Made by a program: the position numbers and the translations under genes. The notes under the pieces were generated by a model, which was not told where the DNA came from, did not search any database, and saw only the letters and a list, made by a program, of their open reading frames with translations. A DNA stretch of 64,000 nt from Salpingoeca rosetta (lineage: Eukaryota; Protista; Choanoflagellata), in assembly GCA_033442325.1 (NCBI GenBank), contig JAWQFM010000017.1:316451-380450 (forward strand), in the 5' to 3' direction. Positions 11,801-32,228 of this stretch are shown in pieces (the stretch's first letter is position 1; each line of letters begins with the position of its first letter).

Positions 11801-14800
11801 CCCGCACAGGGTTGCGCTTCTCCGCTTCCGTCTGCGTGCCAACCACGCTCTTGCTGCCGTCTCGCTGTTGATACTGGACATCATAATCATGCTGGTGTGA
11901 AGCATGCCCATGATGGTGGCGGTGGTGGTGATGGTGGTGGTGATGCTCTCCACTTGCTGCTGCTGCTGCTGTTGCCGTTGTGGATGGTATTGCCGCAATT
12001 GTTGGTGCTGTTGGTGTGGTTGCTGCGAGTGCTGATGTTGGTGTGGATATTGTTGTGTTGGCATGATGGTGGCTGTTGTAAGTGTGGGGTTGGTGATGGT
12101 CATAAACAACCCCAGTCGAAGCAAGCGAGGGTCCGTAATTGCTTTGGCTGTGATGCCGCTCCTTGGTCTCTTCCACCGTCGGCACTTGCTGCTGCCGTTG
12201 GCTCAGTTGCTTCGTGTCGCCGATGCCGCTGCTTCCACTACTGGAGCAGCTGCTGGCCGTGGTGCTTGCGAACACGTGCGATTGGTGTTGCCCAGCCACA
12301 CCGGCGTCGATGTCCTCATCATCGGTGCTGCTGACATCAACGATGGTGCCCCGACCAGCGCTACCGTGGCTGACGGCCTTCGTGGCGTGCATGGTTGCCA
12401 GCCGCGTTGTAGGTGCGTGTGCAAATTCAGGCTCCTCTGCCACGTCCCACATTTTCCGCATGTTCACACTTCTTTCCACAAATACGTCCGTCTCCTCCTC
12501 CTCTTCCACCTCTACCTCCACCTCGCCGCGCTGCCCGCGCAACAATGTGTCATCAATCTCCGTCAACGAGAAATCGCCCTCGCTGTCCAGTGACCCCTGC
12601 CGCCAGAACCGTCGACCACCACCACCACCACCACCACCACCACCGCCGCCGCCGATGCTGCCACGGCTTCTGGGTCGCTGCCGCTGCTGCCTGAACGACG
12701 CATTGAAGGTGTGCTCTGAGCGACGGCGGTGGCGTGCTGCCTCTGCACGTGTGGATCCGTGTGCAGACGATGGCCGCGATGACGGTGCGGGCGGTGGTCG
12801 CGGGCGGGACGACGAGCCACGCCGCTCGCCGTCGTAGTGGGACTCTTCCCCGAAATCGTCACTCACCACGCTTTGGCGACCCATGCTGTGTGCACGTGCT
12901 GACGCGCCCGTGCTGCTGCTCCTCCAACCAACACCACAAACGCCAGCGCCGCCACCCGTGCCTGCGTCACTCTCCCGCCTGTGCCGCTGCCATGCATGCT
13001 GGCGTCCAAATCGGCGCAGCGTTCGTGTGTCGGCAACAGATGCGCGGCGGAGCGGCGCGAGGTGCTCGTGCCCATCGCTGCGCCAGACAGAGGCGCCGCC
13101 TGTTGCACGTGCACGGGTACATGATGTCAACGAGCAAATTGGGGGGGGGGGACGGGGAGTGTGTTGGCATGTATTTTCGTGGTCGCATGTTCGCTTCGTG
13201 TCGCTTGTGCATGTGTGCATGACGTGTGTACATGGCCACGAATATGTGATGGATCACTTGGTACTCACGCGAGAAGACGGGAAACACGAGCTTGGACTGT
13301 GTCCTCTCGATGGAGTTCATGCTACAGAGGAGTGGACAGAGGTGGACATGTGCTGGTTAGTAGCGAACAAACAGGCAAGCAGCAACTAGGCCAAGCATGT
13401 ATGCATGCAAGCACGTTCCGTCTCACAGGAGTAGAAGTAACACACACACGCACAAACATACACACAAACATACACACGGTGTGACTGACTGGTAGTGTTG
13501 GATGAGGTCCTCAATCACGTCAAACTCGCGATCAGCGTAGATGTAAAACTACGGAGGCGAGAAGAGTGGACATTGGACCACAGGGCGGTACAGTACGGTG
13601 TGAGTGTTGTCGTCGTGGCCACAGCCGTGCAGACTGTAAACGTGCTATTCATGGGTGTGTGTACCACTGGCATGCCATGACACACATGCACGTACTCGTA
13701 CACGCACACGCAAACACACGTGCAAAGCACATGTGTGGAGTAAACAAATAACTCCGCTTCAGGCCTTCACACGTGCGCATTAACCAACCCTGTCCCTGTC
13801 AGCGACGTGGTACACTTTGAAGTGTTGCACGGTCTCGTGCCACTTGACCCCAAGACGATATCCGCTCGGATGCAACTCCTCATAGTCCACCCCTGTGCGC
13901 AACAGAAACGTGCCTGTGTGGGCAAACAGCGACAAGCGTTGTGAGGTGCAAAGTGGCCGTGCTTGTGGCACGGGGCTTGAACGATGGACTGGTTTCATGT
14001 AACTGTACCACTGCACCACTGTACCACTGCATCACGGGCATAGAGACCAGCGAGAGGAAACAAACATGCTTGTAGTTGTGGGTTGACATCTCCGCATGCA
14101 CATGCCCCAACCCTGACACACGCACGTAGTGTTTGTAACGCACCCGTTGGACAAGACTGCAACAGTGCCGTTGACTCCTCCTTGTCGGATACGCCCACGT
14201 AATAGTCTTGCCATAACACACGGTCGATGTTCCAGTACACATCTTCATGGCAGCGGCATCATGAACAGGCAGTGAGGGCAGCGAGCCAATGGGAAAGGAA
14301 GTGGCCTCGACACTTTTGCACGAGACATTGTGGTGCATGCTTGTGTGCCATGTGTGTGTACGTGTGTCATGTGTGTCATGTGTGTGTGTGTGTAACGTGT
14401 ATGTGTGTGTAATGTGTGTGTGCGTGTCGTGTGTAATGTGTGTGTGTATATGTGCGCAACGTATGCACATAATGTGTATGTGCGCGCAACGTGTGCACAA
14501 AATATGTGTGCTGCAATAACTGGCGCAAAGGGTTGTTCAGCCTCACCATTGCGTGATGCCAGCGACAGGCTGTCGTCGTCTCTGCTCGGGTGCAGCAAAA
14601 GCCCGGGCGACGAGAATCGGCGTGGAAGGCTCCTGGAAACGACAAACATAACGTGTGGCACACACAGGGATTGTGAGTACATGGGTGCACACGTGTACTG
14701 ATGTGCGCCGTGCGCATGCAATTCGGAAGAGACATTTTCACAAACACACACACGAGCACACGCACACGCACACAAACACGCACACGCATGCGCACATACA

Positions 14801-17064
14801 TACAAACACGCACGCACACATACATACAAACACGCACGCACACACATGCACACATGAACACGAGGGAAACACGGCAATAGCGACAGTCAGAACAGAGCTC
14901 ACGCACGCTTGCTGATGTCTGCGATGGTGGGGCAATTGGGGGTTGTGGTGTTGATGTAGGTGTACGTGCGGACGTGGGCGTGGCAGTACCCGGTCAAGAC
15001 TGTTCATGGAGTTCTGTTAAAACAGGGAGCAAGCAGTGCAGCCAAGTCGACACGACAACAGCAAGAACCACAGCACTCGTCACTTGTCAGAAAAAACAGA
15101 AGCATCGAGCACTCCAAACACGAGCATGCTTACGTGCACACACACGCGCGCGCACCATCATGCACACACATGCACACACATGCACACACACGTCTGATAT
15201 GTTCACAGTCACATACACACAACACGCCACGTTCATGCCCCCCCTGCCACCGGAACCAACCTGACGCAGGTTGTTAAAAATGATCTGTTGTCCCTCTGTC
15301 GATAGACTTGAGTCACGCCCGCTGCGCCCATCTTCACTCAAACTCCGTGCGCTTGCGTGCTGTGTGGTACCATCGGTTCGGTTGGCCTGTCGAAACACGC
15401 GGTCGTCTACAAGCCCCCCCCCCACACGCGCGCGCGCACACACACACACACACGCGTGCACAGGACGGCTGAGTAAGTATGCACACATACGCCACCAATA
15501 CCAGCGACACTGTACACCTTTGGGACCACTGTTGCGCTTCCACACATAAACGCGTACGAAACGAACATATGCACACACATATGTCACCGCAGTGCCACGT
15601 CCAGCCACACACGAACACACGAACACACGAACGCACGAACGCACGAGTGTGCAGAAGAAGAGAAGTCAAATACGCTTACAGTGGCGGTGGTCGACGAGCC
15701 CAAGTTTCACATGCTGCCCTCTCGCCGAGTCCAGCTGTGCCTGTATCATCTACATGTCCACAGCACAGCGCAACGAGAGCAATCACGCGCAGATACGCAA
15801 CACGCACCCAATGTGCAGACGACACGCGCACGTGAATGGAACCCCGAACACCACAAGAAGAAGCATGTGGGCATGTGTGTGCCACCCACAGCCACGTTAC
15901 GCTTTGAATGCCATGCCTTCACATTGCACATTCAAACAGCGCGTGCAGCACTGACCGCAACGGTGAAGGAGCGAACATCTTTTCCGGCCACGGTCGCCAC
16001 AAGCTTTCCTTCGTAGTGACGCAGGTGTGGGTGGCAGTTCTTCAAAAACACCCCTATCAACACATGTGTGACGATGTGTGTACATGTGGGTATGTGAGCA
16101 TGTGTGTGCATGTGAGCGTGTGGGTGTTGGTATCAACCAGACTCATCGTGAGCCGCGTCGGAGTAACAAGTACCCTTCTGCAAAAGGACTTACAAGCAAC
16201 TGTTTCGCAAATACGCACGTACATTCGGAAACACCCACTACACGTGCTCCGGGTGCATGCCATTCACCACACACACACACGCACACACACACACACATAC
16301 GCACACACACACACATACACATACACACACACTCGCCGCCTTCCGTACCAAAATCATCCGAGTTAACATCGCCGAATGCGTTGAGCTCAAACCCAAATGC
16401 TCCGTCGACACGGGTCATTGTCGCTTCCTCCACATACTGTGTGGATGTTAGCAAGTAGCAGCGTCATGTGAGCAGGTGAGATGTGGCATGGGTGCTTTCT
16501 GTCCCTTGCATTGTCGCCCACCAATGACCAACCTACCAACGCTTCGGATTCACAGACGCATGTGCAAATGTACACGCACAACCTCACGCACATATAAGTC
16601 CCTCACATTCACTCACATGCACACATAAGTCCCTCGCCTTCACTCACACATGCACAAACCAACACACACACACACAGACACATACACTGTCTCTCCCTCG
16701 ACTGGACACACGTCTTTGTAGTCGGTGGCGTCATGGCTTGTCTGGCGCCGTCTGTGGCGTCCTCGCTGAAAGAAATCACGCACTCGAGACAGAAACGAAC
16801 GTCTCCTCTGCCGCCTGCATAAGGGCATGCAGAGATAGTCACGTATGTGTGCACATTAGCATGGACAAGCAAATAAGCAACCAAGCATGAGAATTGACAC
16901 CTCCATGAGCACACACACACACACACGTGTCAATAGGTAAATGCACACACAAGCACACTCGTACATTCACGCTGCTCATTCATTTCACATTCACTATCAC
17001 CACCATCACACACCACCACACAAACCATCAGTTGTGCTTACCCTCGGTCTCCCCCGGCAGTCAT
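8877..17064 (-). CDS. Multi-exon PDZ-like + SH2 domain protein with a ~1400-aa disordered C-terminal exon
   Basis: Putative start MTAGGDR at 17064. PDZ-like pieces EATMTRVDGAFGFEL, LVATVAGKDVRSFTVA and IQAQLDSARGQHVKLGLV. SH2 spliced from WQDYYVGVSDKEESTALLQSCPT, GTFLLR...YRLGVKWHETVQHFKVY and FYIYADREFDVIEDLIQHY (about 14230-13490). The terminal exon (about 13100-8877) is low-complexity, S/R/H/T-rich. Confidence 0.65.
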
Positions 17065-17834
17065 AGTGAAAAGCTAGACCTAAAGCCCCTTAGTGCCGTG
17101 CCATGGGCATGCGAATCACCTGCTGCGCTGCAGGAAGGGTAAATGAAATTGACACAAACAAGGAAGAACCGCCACAAACGCTCTTGGTCGGTACAGGCAT
17201 GCAGCGTGTGGCAACGGCAACTACACCCTCACATATCTCCCATCTCAGATGAAAATGACAAAGGCAGGGGACGGCAACAAAGAAAGAAAAACAAAGAGAA
17301 ACCTTCGCACACGCCAGATGTGACTGACGTATCTGGTGTGGAGACGGGTCGTACGGTTGGGACCATGCGAAATACAGCAACGATATCAAACGAGTTTCTC
17401 TGTTGGTGCGTTTAATCCAAGAAGGAGCCACAGCACGCGCAAGAACAAAGGACATCAGCAAAAACGCAACACACTTGAGCTATGTCATCATTTCATGTCA
17501 CATTGTCATGTCACATCCCTGTGTCACATGGTCAAGTAACAAAGGCAAGCACGGCGCGTGTTGTTCATGATGCAGACTGTCATCAAGAGATGAAGGAACA
17601 ACCACATGTGCGTCCCACTGCATGAGAAAGTGGCATGTGATACGTCACACTTCCACACACGAACAAAGAACAGCAAGCACACGTGCCAACACCTGACATG
17701 CGAACATAACGCAAACAAACGGCAGACGCAGTGCGCCACCGCGTCACGTCATGTCATGTCATGTCATGTCACAGCACACTGGTTCCCGTGATGCACGGCG
17801 CGATCCACTGGACATGCCGCGGGTTGTTGCAGGG

Positions 17835-19434
17835 CTATGCGGATTGCAGGTCGGCAATGAGTTTCTTGAGGATGGTGCGATGTCCAATGGACGTCACCCC
17901 CAAGCCCTTGAGCGCTTCCGTGCTGTCGCACTGCAGCAACTTTGGCCCGTCAATGCCCTGGCATGGCGAGTGAATGGCGGTGAGTGCACGCAGTAGAGTA
18001 GGGAGAAGTGATGTGAGCAATGCAATGAGTGAAACCACGACAGCCCCGACAAAGAACGAGTGCGCGTGTGCGCATGAAAACAAAATGACAACAAAGAGCC
18101 ACGTGGTGTCAGGCGAACATGCACATGTATGCAACACTTTGATCATCTTGAATGCAGTGCACGAAATAGAGGGTTGCGACAACAACAGAACAAACACAGG
18201 GACAGTCACTAGAGAAAGAACACAGGGACGGGAAAATCACCAATCAAGACAAAGAGGCAGCAGCGCAAGTGCAGCTAGCGCACACAGACACCGCCTGCCG
18301 CGCTCACACGCGAACGCACGAACAAAGACAAGCCGCCAACAAAGAACACATTTTTGTGCCATGGCCTCGCCACATTTCAGTGTTGTAGTCACATCACCGC
18401 CCGTACCTGTTCTCTGAATGAGTCGGCGTACTTTGCAAAGTCACCGTTCTGTGCCTTGCTCAACCACGCGCACACCTCCGCAACACGCCACATGTCCACG
18501 TCCTTGCTCGTATCAACGTCACTATCGCCACCTGGACCGCTCGAGACTTGCTCTGGTATCGTCGCCGTTGTCGTTGCTGCTGCTGTGGGTTGCGTTGCCT
18601 TCTTCATGGACGGGGAGGTGGGGGAATCGGCCACTTTGTCGCTGCTACTGTCACTGAGGTCCACAGAGCTGAGCCGTCGACTCAGGCGTCGCAGGCTCTT
18701 CCCAATCGAAAACTTGACACCACGCCGCTTCACCACACCTGGGTCATCTGTCTTTGCGCTGCTCGCACCACCCTCCTCGCTGCTGCCATTTGCTTCGCTG
18801 CCTGTCTCCGCCTCCTTCGCTCGACCGTGCGGCTGTGGCTTTGGTCGTGGCGGCGGCTTTGCTGGTGCCGATGCTGTTGCTGTTGCTGTTGCTGGCTTGG
18901 TGATGGGTCTTCCTGGTGGGGCTGGTGGCTTGGCCGACGATGAAGGCAGTGGCTTGACAGCTGGCGATGCAGGGAGCGTGCCACGCTTCATGCTCACCCC
19001 AACACCACCACCATCACCACCACCATCATCATCACCATCACCACCGCCACGGCTAGCATCATGACCAGCACCGCCAGCAGCCTTCATCCTTGCCCTCGCT
19101 GTAGCTGTTGCCGTTGTTGCTGCGCGGGGCCGGGGCGCGGGCTTGGCGCCACCAGCCATCGTCGCCGTTCGTGCCCGCTGCGCGCGTGTTGGCAGTCGCC
19201 GCTTCACAAGAGCACGCGAGGCGGACATGGCGCGTGATCGCTGCGCCCGCACGTCAAGCGTGTCGCTGGCGCTGCTGGAGATGGTTTCAAACGCGTCAGA
19301 CACGCTTTCTGCGTCGTCACCATGCTCACCAGCAGCTGCTGGCAAGGGTTTGGCCACCATCTTGGCTGGCAGCGTGTGTGTGCGTGGGCGTGGCTTCGGG
19401 CGAGCGGCCGGCACAGGCTTTGCTGCGGTTGTCC

Positions 19435-19476
<42 letters not shown>

Positions 19477-22268
19477 TTGCTGCTGACGATGATGATGTTG
19501 ATGTTGACGATGCTGACGATGGCAGTGGTGGCTTTGGCTTTGGCTTGGGGCGGGGAGGGGGTGCGTGGAGGGTTGCAGCACGCTGCCTATTCCTCATGGC
19601 CTGCTCCTCTGCATCTGGCCGAGTTCGCGTCGCTGCTGCACTTGATGGATTCGACACAAACGACGGCGCCTTGGCCACCACTGGCGGTGCTGATGATGAG
19701 ATCTGCTTTGATGATGGTGCTGCCGTTGCTGTAGTCAATGGCCTTGATGCAGTTGCTGCCGCTGCCGCTGCTGTTGTTGATGCAGGCGTTGGTTTCAATT
19801 CTGTTGATGATGCTGATGCTGCTGGCGGTGCCGCTGGTCTGGCCGGCGTCACCTTCCTGCTGTCAACCTCTCTCAGCTTGGCCTCCAGGGCGTGGCGCTC
19901 CCTCTGCTCCTCCTGCAGCGCCCGTCGTAAGCGATCAATCTCCACTCTGTCTCCATGCGCATCCGCACCTCCTCTCTCATTCCCGCCATCACCGAGGTGG
20001 GGTGTTTGCGTTGATGCTGGTGATGGTGGAACCCCAGCTGCTGTCTTCGTCTTTGTCTTCATCATCGCCGTGTCACTGCCGCCCTTGGTGCCGCTCGTCA
20101 GTAGTTGCAGTCGCTTCACCTCCTTGTCCCTTGTCGCCACCTGCTGTTTCAGTGCTGCAACCTCTCTCACCAGCGCGGCAACGCGTGCCTCCGCCTCCTG
20201 TGCGCGTGTCGTCATGGTGGCGAGTGACACACCCTTTTCCCTCAGTTGTTCTTCTGCGTCCCGCCGTTTGCTTTGCTCCTCCTCCACCAGTGCCTGCGCA
20301 CGTGCCAGCTCCTGCTGTGTCGCCGTGAGGGCCTGCGCTTTCTCGTCCACTGCCCGCCCCGCGTTTGTCGCTGCTGTTTCCAACACCTTCACCTTGGCCC
20401 GAAGCGACTCAACCTCAGCACGCAAAGTGGCAACGTCGCTGTGACCATCACCACTATCATCACGTGTTGCTGTTTTTGTTGTTGCAGTTGTTGCTGTTGT
20501 CGCTGTGCGCGTGGGGGCTGGTTTGGCGCCGCTGCGTTTGCGTGCAAGCACAACCAGAACACGCCCCTCACACGACTGCAGCAGGGTGACGGCACGCTCG
20601 TGTGTCGTTGCCAGCAGCTGCTCATCGCCGATGCTCACGAGAATGTCGCCAACACGCACGTTGCCGTTGTCGTACGCCGCACCGCCCTCCACCACACTCG
20701 ACACAGTCATGGTCACAAACACGCCGCGCGACGCTGCTGACGTCAGCAAGTCGTGGTCGTCATCCGTGTCGTCATCAAGATGCGTCACTTGCAGCTGCTC
20801 GCCACGAAGACCAACGCCGACACCCTGGTCATCCTGCAACACGAGCGTGGTCGTGATGATGTCGCAATCGCGCTCCAATTGACGGCGCACGTGTGCGGAC
20901 AGCGCTTCCATCTGCACGTCATCGCCAACGCGTGGAGGGTTGAATGCAAACTTTCCGCGCGTGTACTCCGACTGCGAGTATGTCTCCAGCACCTGCGTTG
21001 CTGCAATGTCAAAGCTTGGTCGCCGCGCCCGCCCTGTACGCAGATGAGGGAGGGAGAGAGGGAGTGTGTGGATGTGTGTGTGTGTGTGTGTGGATGTGTG
21101 TGCGTGGTTGTGAGTGTGTGTGGATGTGTTTGTGTGTGGACGTGTGCGTGTGTATGTGTGTGGACGCGCGCGTGTGTGGATGTGTGTGGATGTGCGTGGT
21201 TGTGAGTGTGTGGGTGTGTTTGTGTGTGGATGCGCGTGTGAGCGTGGGTCTGACAAACAATAGTGCATGTCACATGAATACGTTCTCACAGGCGAACACA
21301 CACACATACGCACGCATAGAATAGCGTGCATGTGCACTGCACCACCAACCAATGCACACTGCTGCGTACCGTGTTGCTTGCCGGGCGTGTCCTGTGCCTG
21401 CGATGTCCCAGCATCACCCGTGGTGGGATGTGCCTTGCTCACCCCGCGTGCCGGTGGCCTTGGTGGCGGCTCCGTTGTTGTGCCGTCATGGTGCTCGCGG
21501 TGCTCGTGATTGCCCGCAGGTGTGTGCGTGGCAGCGCGCATTTGGCTGGCAGAGGGGCGGTGTGGCTTTGGCGGTGCGGGCACAGGCCCGCGCTTCTTGG
21601 CGGGAAGCAGCTGCCGTGGTGCAGGTGTCTCGCTTGCTGCTGTTGCTGATGATTGTGTTGTTTTTGTTGTGGCTGACGATGACTTTGGTGGGTGGCGTGG
21701 TGCTGCGGGTCGAGGAGGACGAGCCATGGCAGGATGCTGTTGTTGTTGCTGCTGTTGTGGATGCTCGAGGTGGGGGTGCGACGCGTGTGTGTGTTCATGT
21801 TCGTTCCCGCCGCCTGGGCCTGCGTGTCTCTGGTGCGGTTGTGGTGGTGTTGATGGCCGCCTTGGTGGCGTGCGCGGTGTTGGCTTTCCACCATCCCCAG
21901 CAGAGGTGGGACCCTCCTCACCAAACCCTATGAACCAGACCAAACACCCAACAACAAAAAATTATGTGCAGAGTCAGGGCATGCAAGTGTGTGTGTGTGT
22001 GTGTGTGTATGTGTGTGTATGTTGGGAGGGGGGCAAACGAACACGTCAAGCAAACGCACACGTCAAGCAACACAACATGCGCAAGACAACAGAGGGATAT
22101 GACATCATGTTGTGTTGCGTGCGATGTGCCTACCCAACGCGCCAAGCAGACCCTTCGACTGCACTAGCTGCTCAAACTCATTCTCGTCTCTCTCCCGCAA
22201 GTTTTTCTGCCGTCAGCGTTTGTGTTGTTGTTGGGGGGATGGCGCGGGGGGCGAGGGAGTGCATGTGA

Positions 22269-22323
<55 letters not shown>

Positions 22324-22450
22324 TGTGTAGGAGGATGACTAGGATGAGGAGAAGCGTTGTGGTGTCACCTCTTCTGGCTGTGGTGGTGGGGATGGCTGTG
22401 TTGCTGTTGTTTTTTGTATCTTCGTCGTCGTTGTCTACGATTCTGACCAT
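17835..22450 (-). CDS. Neurabin/spinophilin (PPP1R9)-like scaffold: PP1-binding-like segment + PDZ + coiled coil + SAM
   Basis: Exons 22450-22369, 21927-21370, 21033-18407 and 17957-17835. [23 protein letters not shown] precedes the PDZ (GVGVGLRG...[30 protein letters not shown]), then a coiled coil and a terminal SAM ([10 protein letters not shown]...YADSFREQ|[10 protein letters not shown]...[22 protein letters not shown]). Confidence 0.75.
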
Positions 22451-22738
22451 GGTTGCTGCACAGGTGCGGCTTATCTTGTGCGCTACTTGGTGGCTTATGC
22501 AGTTTATCGCATAGATGATGGCCTTTTTTTGTAATCTTGTATTTTGGTGCTTTTCTTCTTATTTGTTTTTGCATGTTGCTTATTCTTTTGACCTGTCGCA
22601 TGAATCGAGTCAAGCGTTGGCCACAGCGACTTGTACTGTATGCATAAGGGATATTCTTTTTTTAGTTTAATTATCACCGATTGCATGGTTTTGTCGATGA
22701 GTAGACGTCTCATTGTTTTGTCTATATGTCTGCTACCT

Positions 22739-22838
22739 NNNNNNNNNNNNNNNNNNNNNNNNNNNNNNNNNNNNNNNNNNNNNNNNNNNNNNNNNNNNNN
22801 NNNNNNNNNNNNNNNNNNNNNNNNNNNNNNNNNNNNNN
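22739..22838. other. Assembly gap (100 N)
   Basis: Run of 100 n. Confidence 0.99.
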
Positions 22839-22927
22839 AAAAAACACCACGCACACATTACAACCGCCCGACACACAAGCACAGACACACAAATACAGAC
22901 ACACAAGCACAGGCAAACAGACACATC

Positions 22928-23085
22928 TCCACAACCACAACCACAACCACAACCACAACCACAACCACAACCACAACCACAACCACAACCACAAGCACAA
23001 CCACAACCACAACCACAACCACAACCACAACCACAACCACAACCACAACCACAACCACAACGGCAACCACAACGGCAACCACAGC
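22928..23085. repeat. (ACCACA)n hexamer tandem repeat upstream of LysRS
   Basis: About 25 near-perfect copies seen directly. Confidence 0.9.
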
Positions 23086-23106
23086 CAATCACACCTTGTG
23101 CTGCTG

Positions 23107-27734
<4,628 letters not shown>

Positions 27735-27947
27735 GCTGAGACTCGTGCTGAAAAGAACATGGGGATGTAGGGGCGAGACAAGGGAGTACAACACAGACAG
27801 ACACACACACACACACACACACCACAGATACACCACACACACCACACACCACACACACACACACATACATACATACACCACACACACACACACAACAGAC
27901 CTTGCTGAATATTTGAGGGCATCATTTGCCAAAATTCCACAACCACG

Positions 27948-28574
27948 ATGATGATGGCGTTGGCGAGGACGACAGGGGCGCTGCTGCTGCTGCGAGCAGT
28001 GTCTCGCAATGCCGCTGTTGGCGTGATGCGTGGTGTTAACACAACGTCTGCGGCGTTGTCGTCGTCGGTGGCATCACGGGTCAGCGTGCGTCAGGTGTGC
28101 GGGACAAGCAGCTGCCGGTTTGCTGGGTTGCCGGCCATGGCTAACATGGCCGCCTTCACCATGTCCAGGCAGTTTGCCAGCAACACGACCACCCTCCTCG
28201 GCAGGCACTTCACAACAGCATCAGCAACAACCACTGCTGCGGCACGAGCGCCGCTGATGTCGCTGCTCATGCAAGCGCGCCAGCCTGCTGTGTCGTCGCC
28301 GTCCGCGCTTGTGCAGCAGGTGCGCGGCGTGAAGACAATGAAGCGGCAAATCAAGCGCCACTACAGACAGAAGACCAAGTACAAGATGAAGACAAAGAAG
28401 GCGGTTGCGTCGCGGTTCAAGCTGACCAAGAGCGGGCTCATCAAGTACTGGCGGCGCGGGCGTGTGCACAACTCTCAAGCCAAATCCAAGAAGACCCACA
28501 GACAACTTCGTAAGGCAAAGGTTCTCCGCAGCGGCACCATGTTCAAGAAGCTCAGGCGAGCCATGCAGTACTAG
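27948..28574 (+). CDS. MRPL35: Mitochondrial ribosomal protein bL35m with a long N-terminal targeting presequence
   Basis: Intronless ORF with an Arg/Ala/Ser-rich, acid-free N-terminus followed by the L35 motif KMKTKKAVASRFKLTKSGLIKYWRRGRVHN...KSKKTHRQLRK. Confidence 0.9.
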   Translation: MMMALARTTGALLLLRAVSRNAAVGVMRGVNTTSAALSSSVASRVSVRQVCGTSSCRFAGLPAMANMAAFTMSRQFASNTTTLLGRHFTTASATTTAAARAPLMSLLMQARQPAVSSPSALVQQVRGVKTMKRQIKRHYRQKTKYKMKTKKAVASRFKLTKSGLIKYWRRGRVHNSQAKSKKTHRQLRKAKVLRSGTMFKKLRRAMQY

Positions 28575-29341
28575 CCAAGCAGGTGCGTTCGTGTTCTCGC
28601 GTGTGTGCGTATGTGCGTGTGAATGTTTGAGCGGAATGTGTGTGCTTGGTGTGTGTGTGTGTGTGCGTGTGTCAATGCTTGTGTATGTCTGTATGTGTGC
28701 GTGTGTGTGCATGAGAGTGTATGCGTGTGTGATGCTTCGCGGTTACGTGCACTCTTGGACTGTGCGTAGAGTAGAACGACTTGTACACCATGCACTCCCC
28801 TTCCCATCTCACTGGAAAGTGAATCTTCGTTGCTTGGTGGCCTTTTGTGTGTACGCAAGCAGTCTCCAGGTTGTTCGAAGCTTCAAGGATGGGAGGGTGT
28901 GAGTGATGGGGGTGTAGCAGGAGAGACTGTGCAATGAACCGTGTGTGAATACCAGTCGGTTTGTGTGTGTGTGTGTGTGTGTGTTCGTGTGTATGTGTGT
29001 GTGTTTCGCTCTTGCATGTGCATGCATCATGGTTGTGAACAGCAAGAGTAAACGCACATGCCATGACACTTGCGTGAGTCAAATGATGTGCCTTTAAACA
29101 ACAAGACTGCACGTGTGTGTGTGTGTGTTGGGAGGAAGGAACAAGCTTGCAGGCAAACGCAACAAAGAAGAAGAACAGGTGTCTGTTGATAACCACAAGG
29201 AAAGAAGCAAAGAGGGGACGTAATGAGGCAAGAAGAGTAAGGCCACTGGATGGTGAAGGAAAAGCGTGCAAAGCGGCACGAGGGCAGGCTGTGCTGGTTG
29301 GCGGTGGTCGGCATCTTCACAAATCAACAGCATGGAATGCT

Positions 29342-31821
<2,480 letters not shown>

Positions 31822-32228
31822 GGTTGTTGTTCGTTGTGGTTTGTGGTGGTTGGTGTGCGCGGTTTGCGTCTTCTGGTGGTGACTGGTTTTTGTTTTTACC
31901 AACGCGCGCCGCGGAATGCCAAGTGGTAAAGTTGGAATTGCCCACAAAGACGGTTACAAGCCAAAAAGAGGAAGGAAGGACAGTTGCATTTTGCCACACA
32001 CAGCTTGCTCGCTCGCTTGCTCGCTCACCCATCTCCTCATGCCCCTGGGCCGCTCAAGCCGCATTGATTGATTGTCAGCCAGCCATCCAGCTTGCTTGTC
32101 TCCGCTGCGCCAGCTACGCCGACTCTGTGTCCCCCCTGTGTTTCCCTCTTCTTCTCCCCCTTGTCTCCCCCATCTCCTTCTTCACGCACTAGCCCTCCCT
32201 CCTCTTCCAGCCTTCTTGCAACACAACA

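Noticed and set aside
8877-21943. One giant gene spanning the 1184-aa and 1447-aa ORFs
   Set aside because: The SAM-domain exon ends in a stop at 17835, so these are two genes.
22480-22738. AT-rich, atypical sequence upstream of the neurabin-like start
   Set aside because: It abuts an N-gap and looks like a degraded low-quality read end, unlike the internal insert at 25831-26312.
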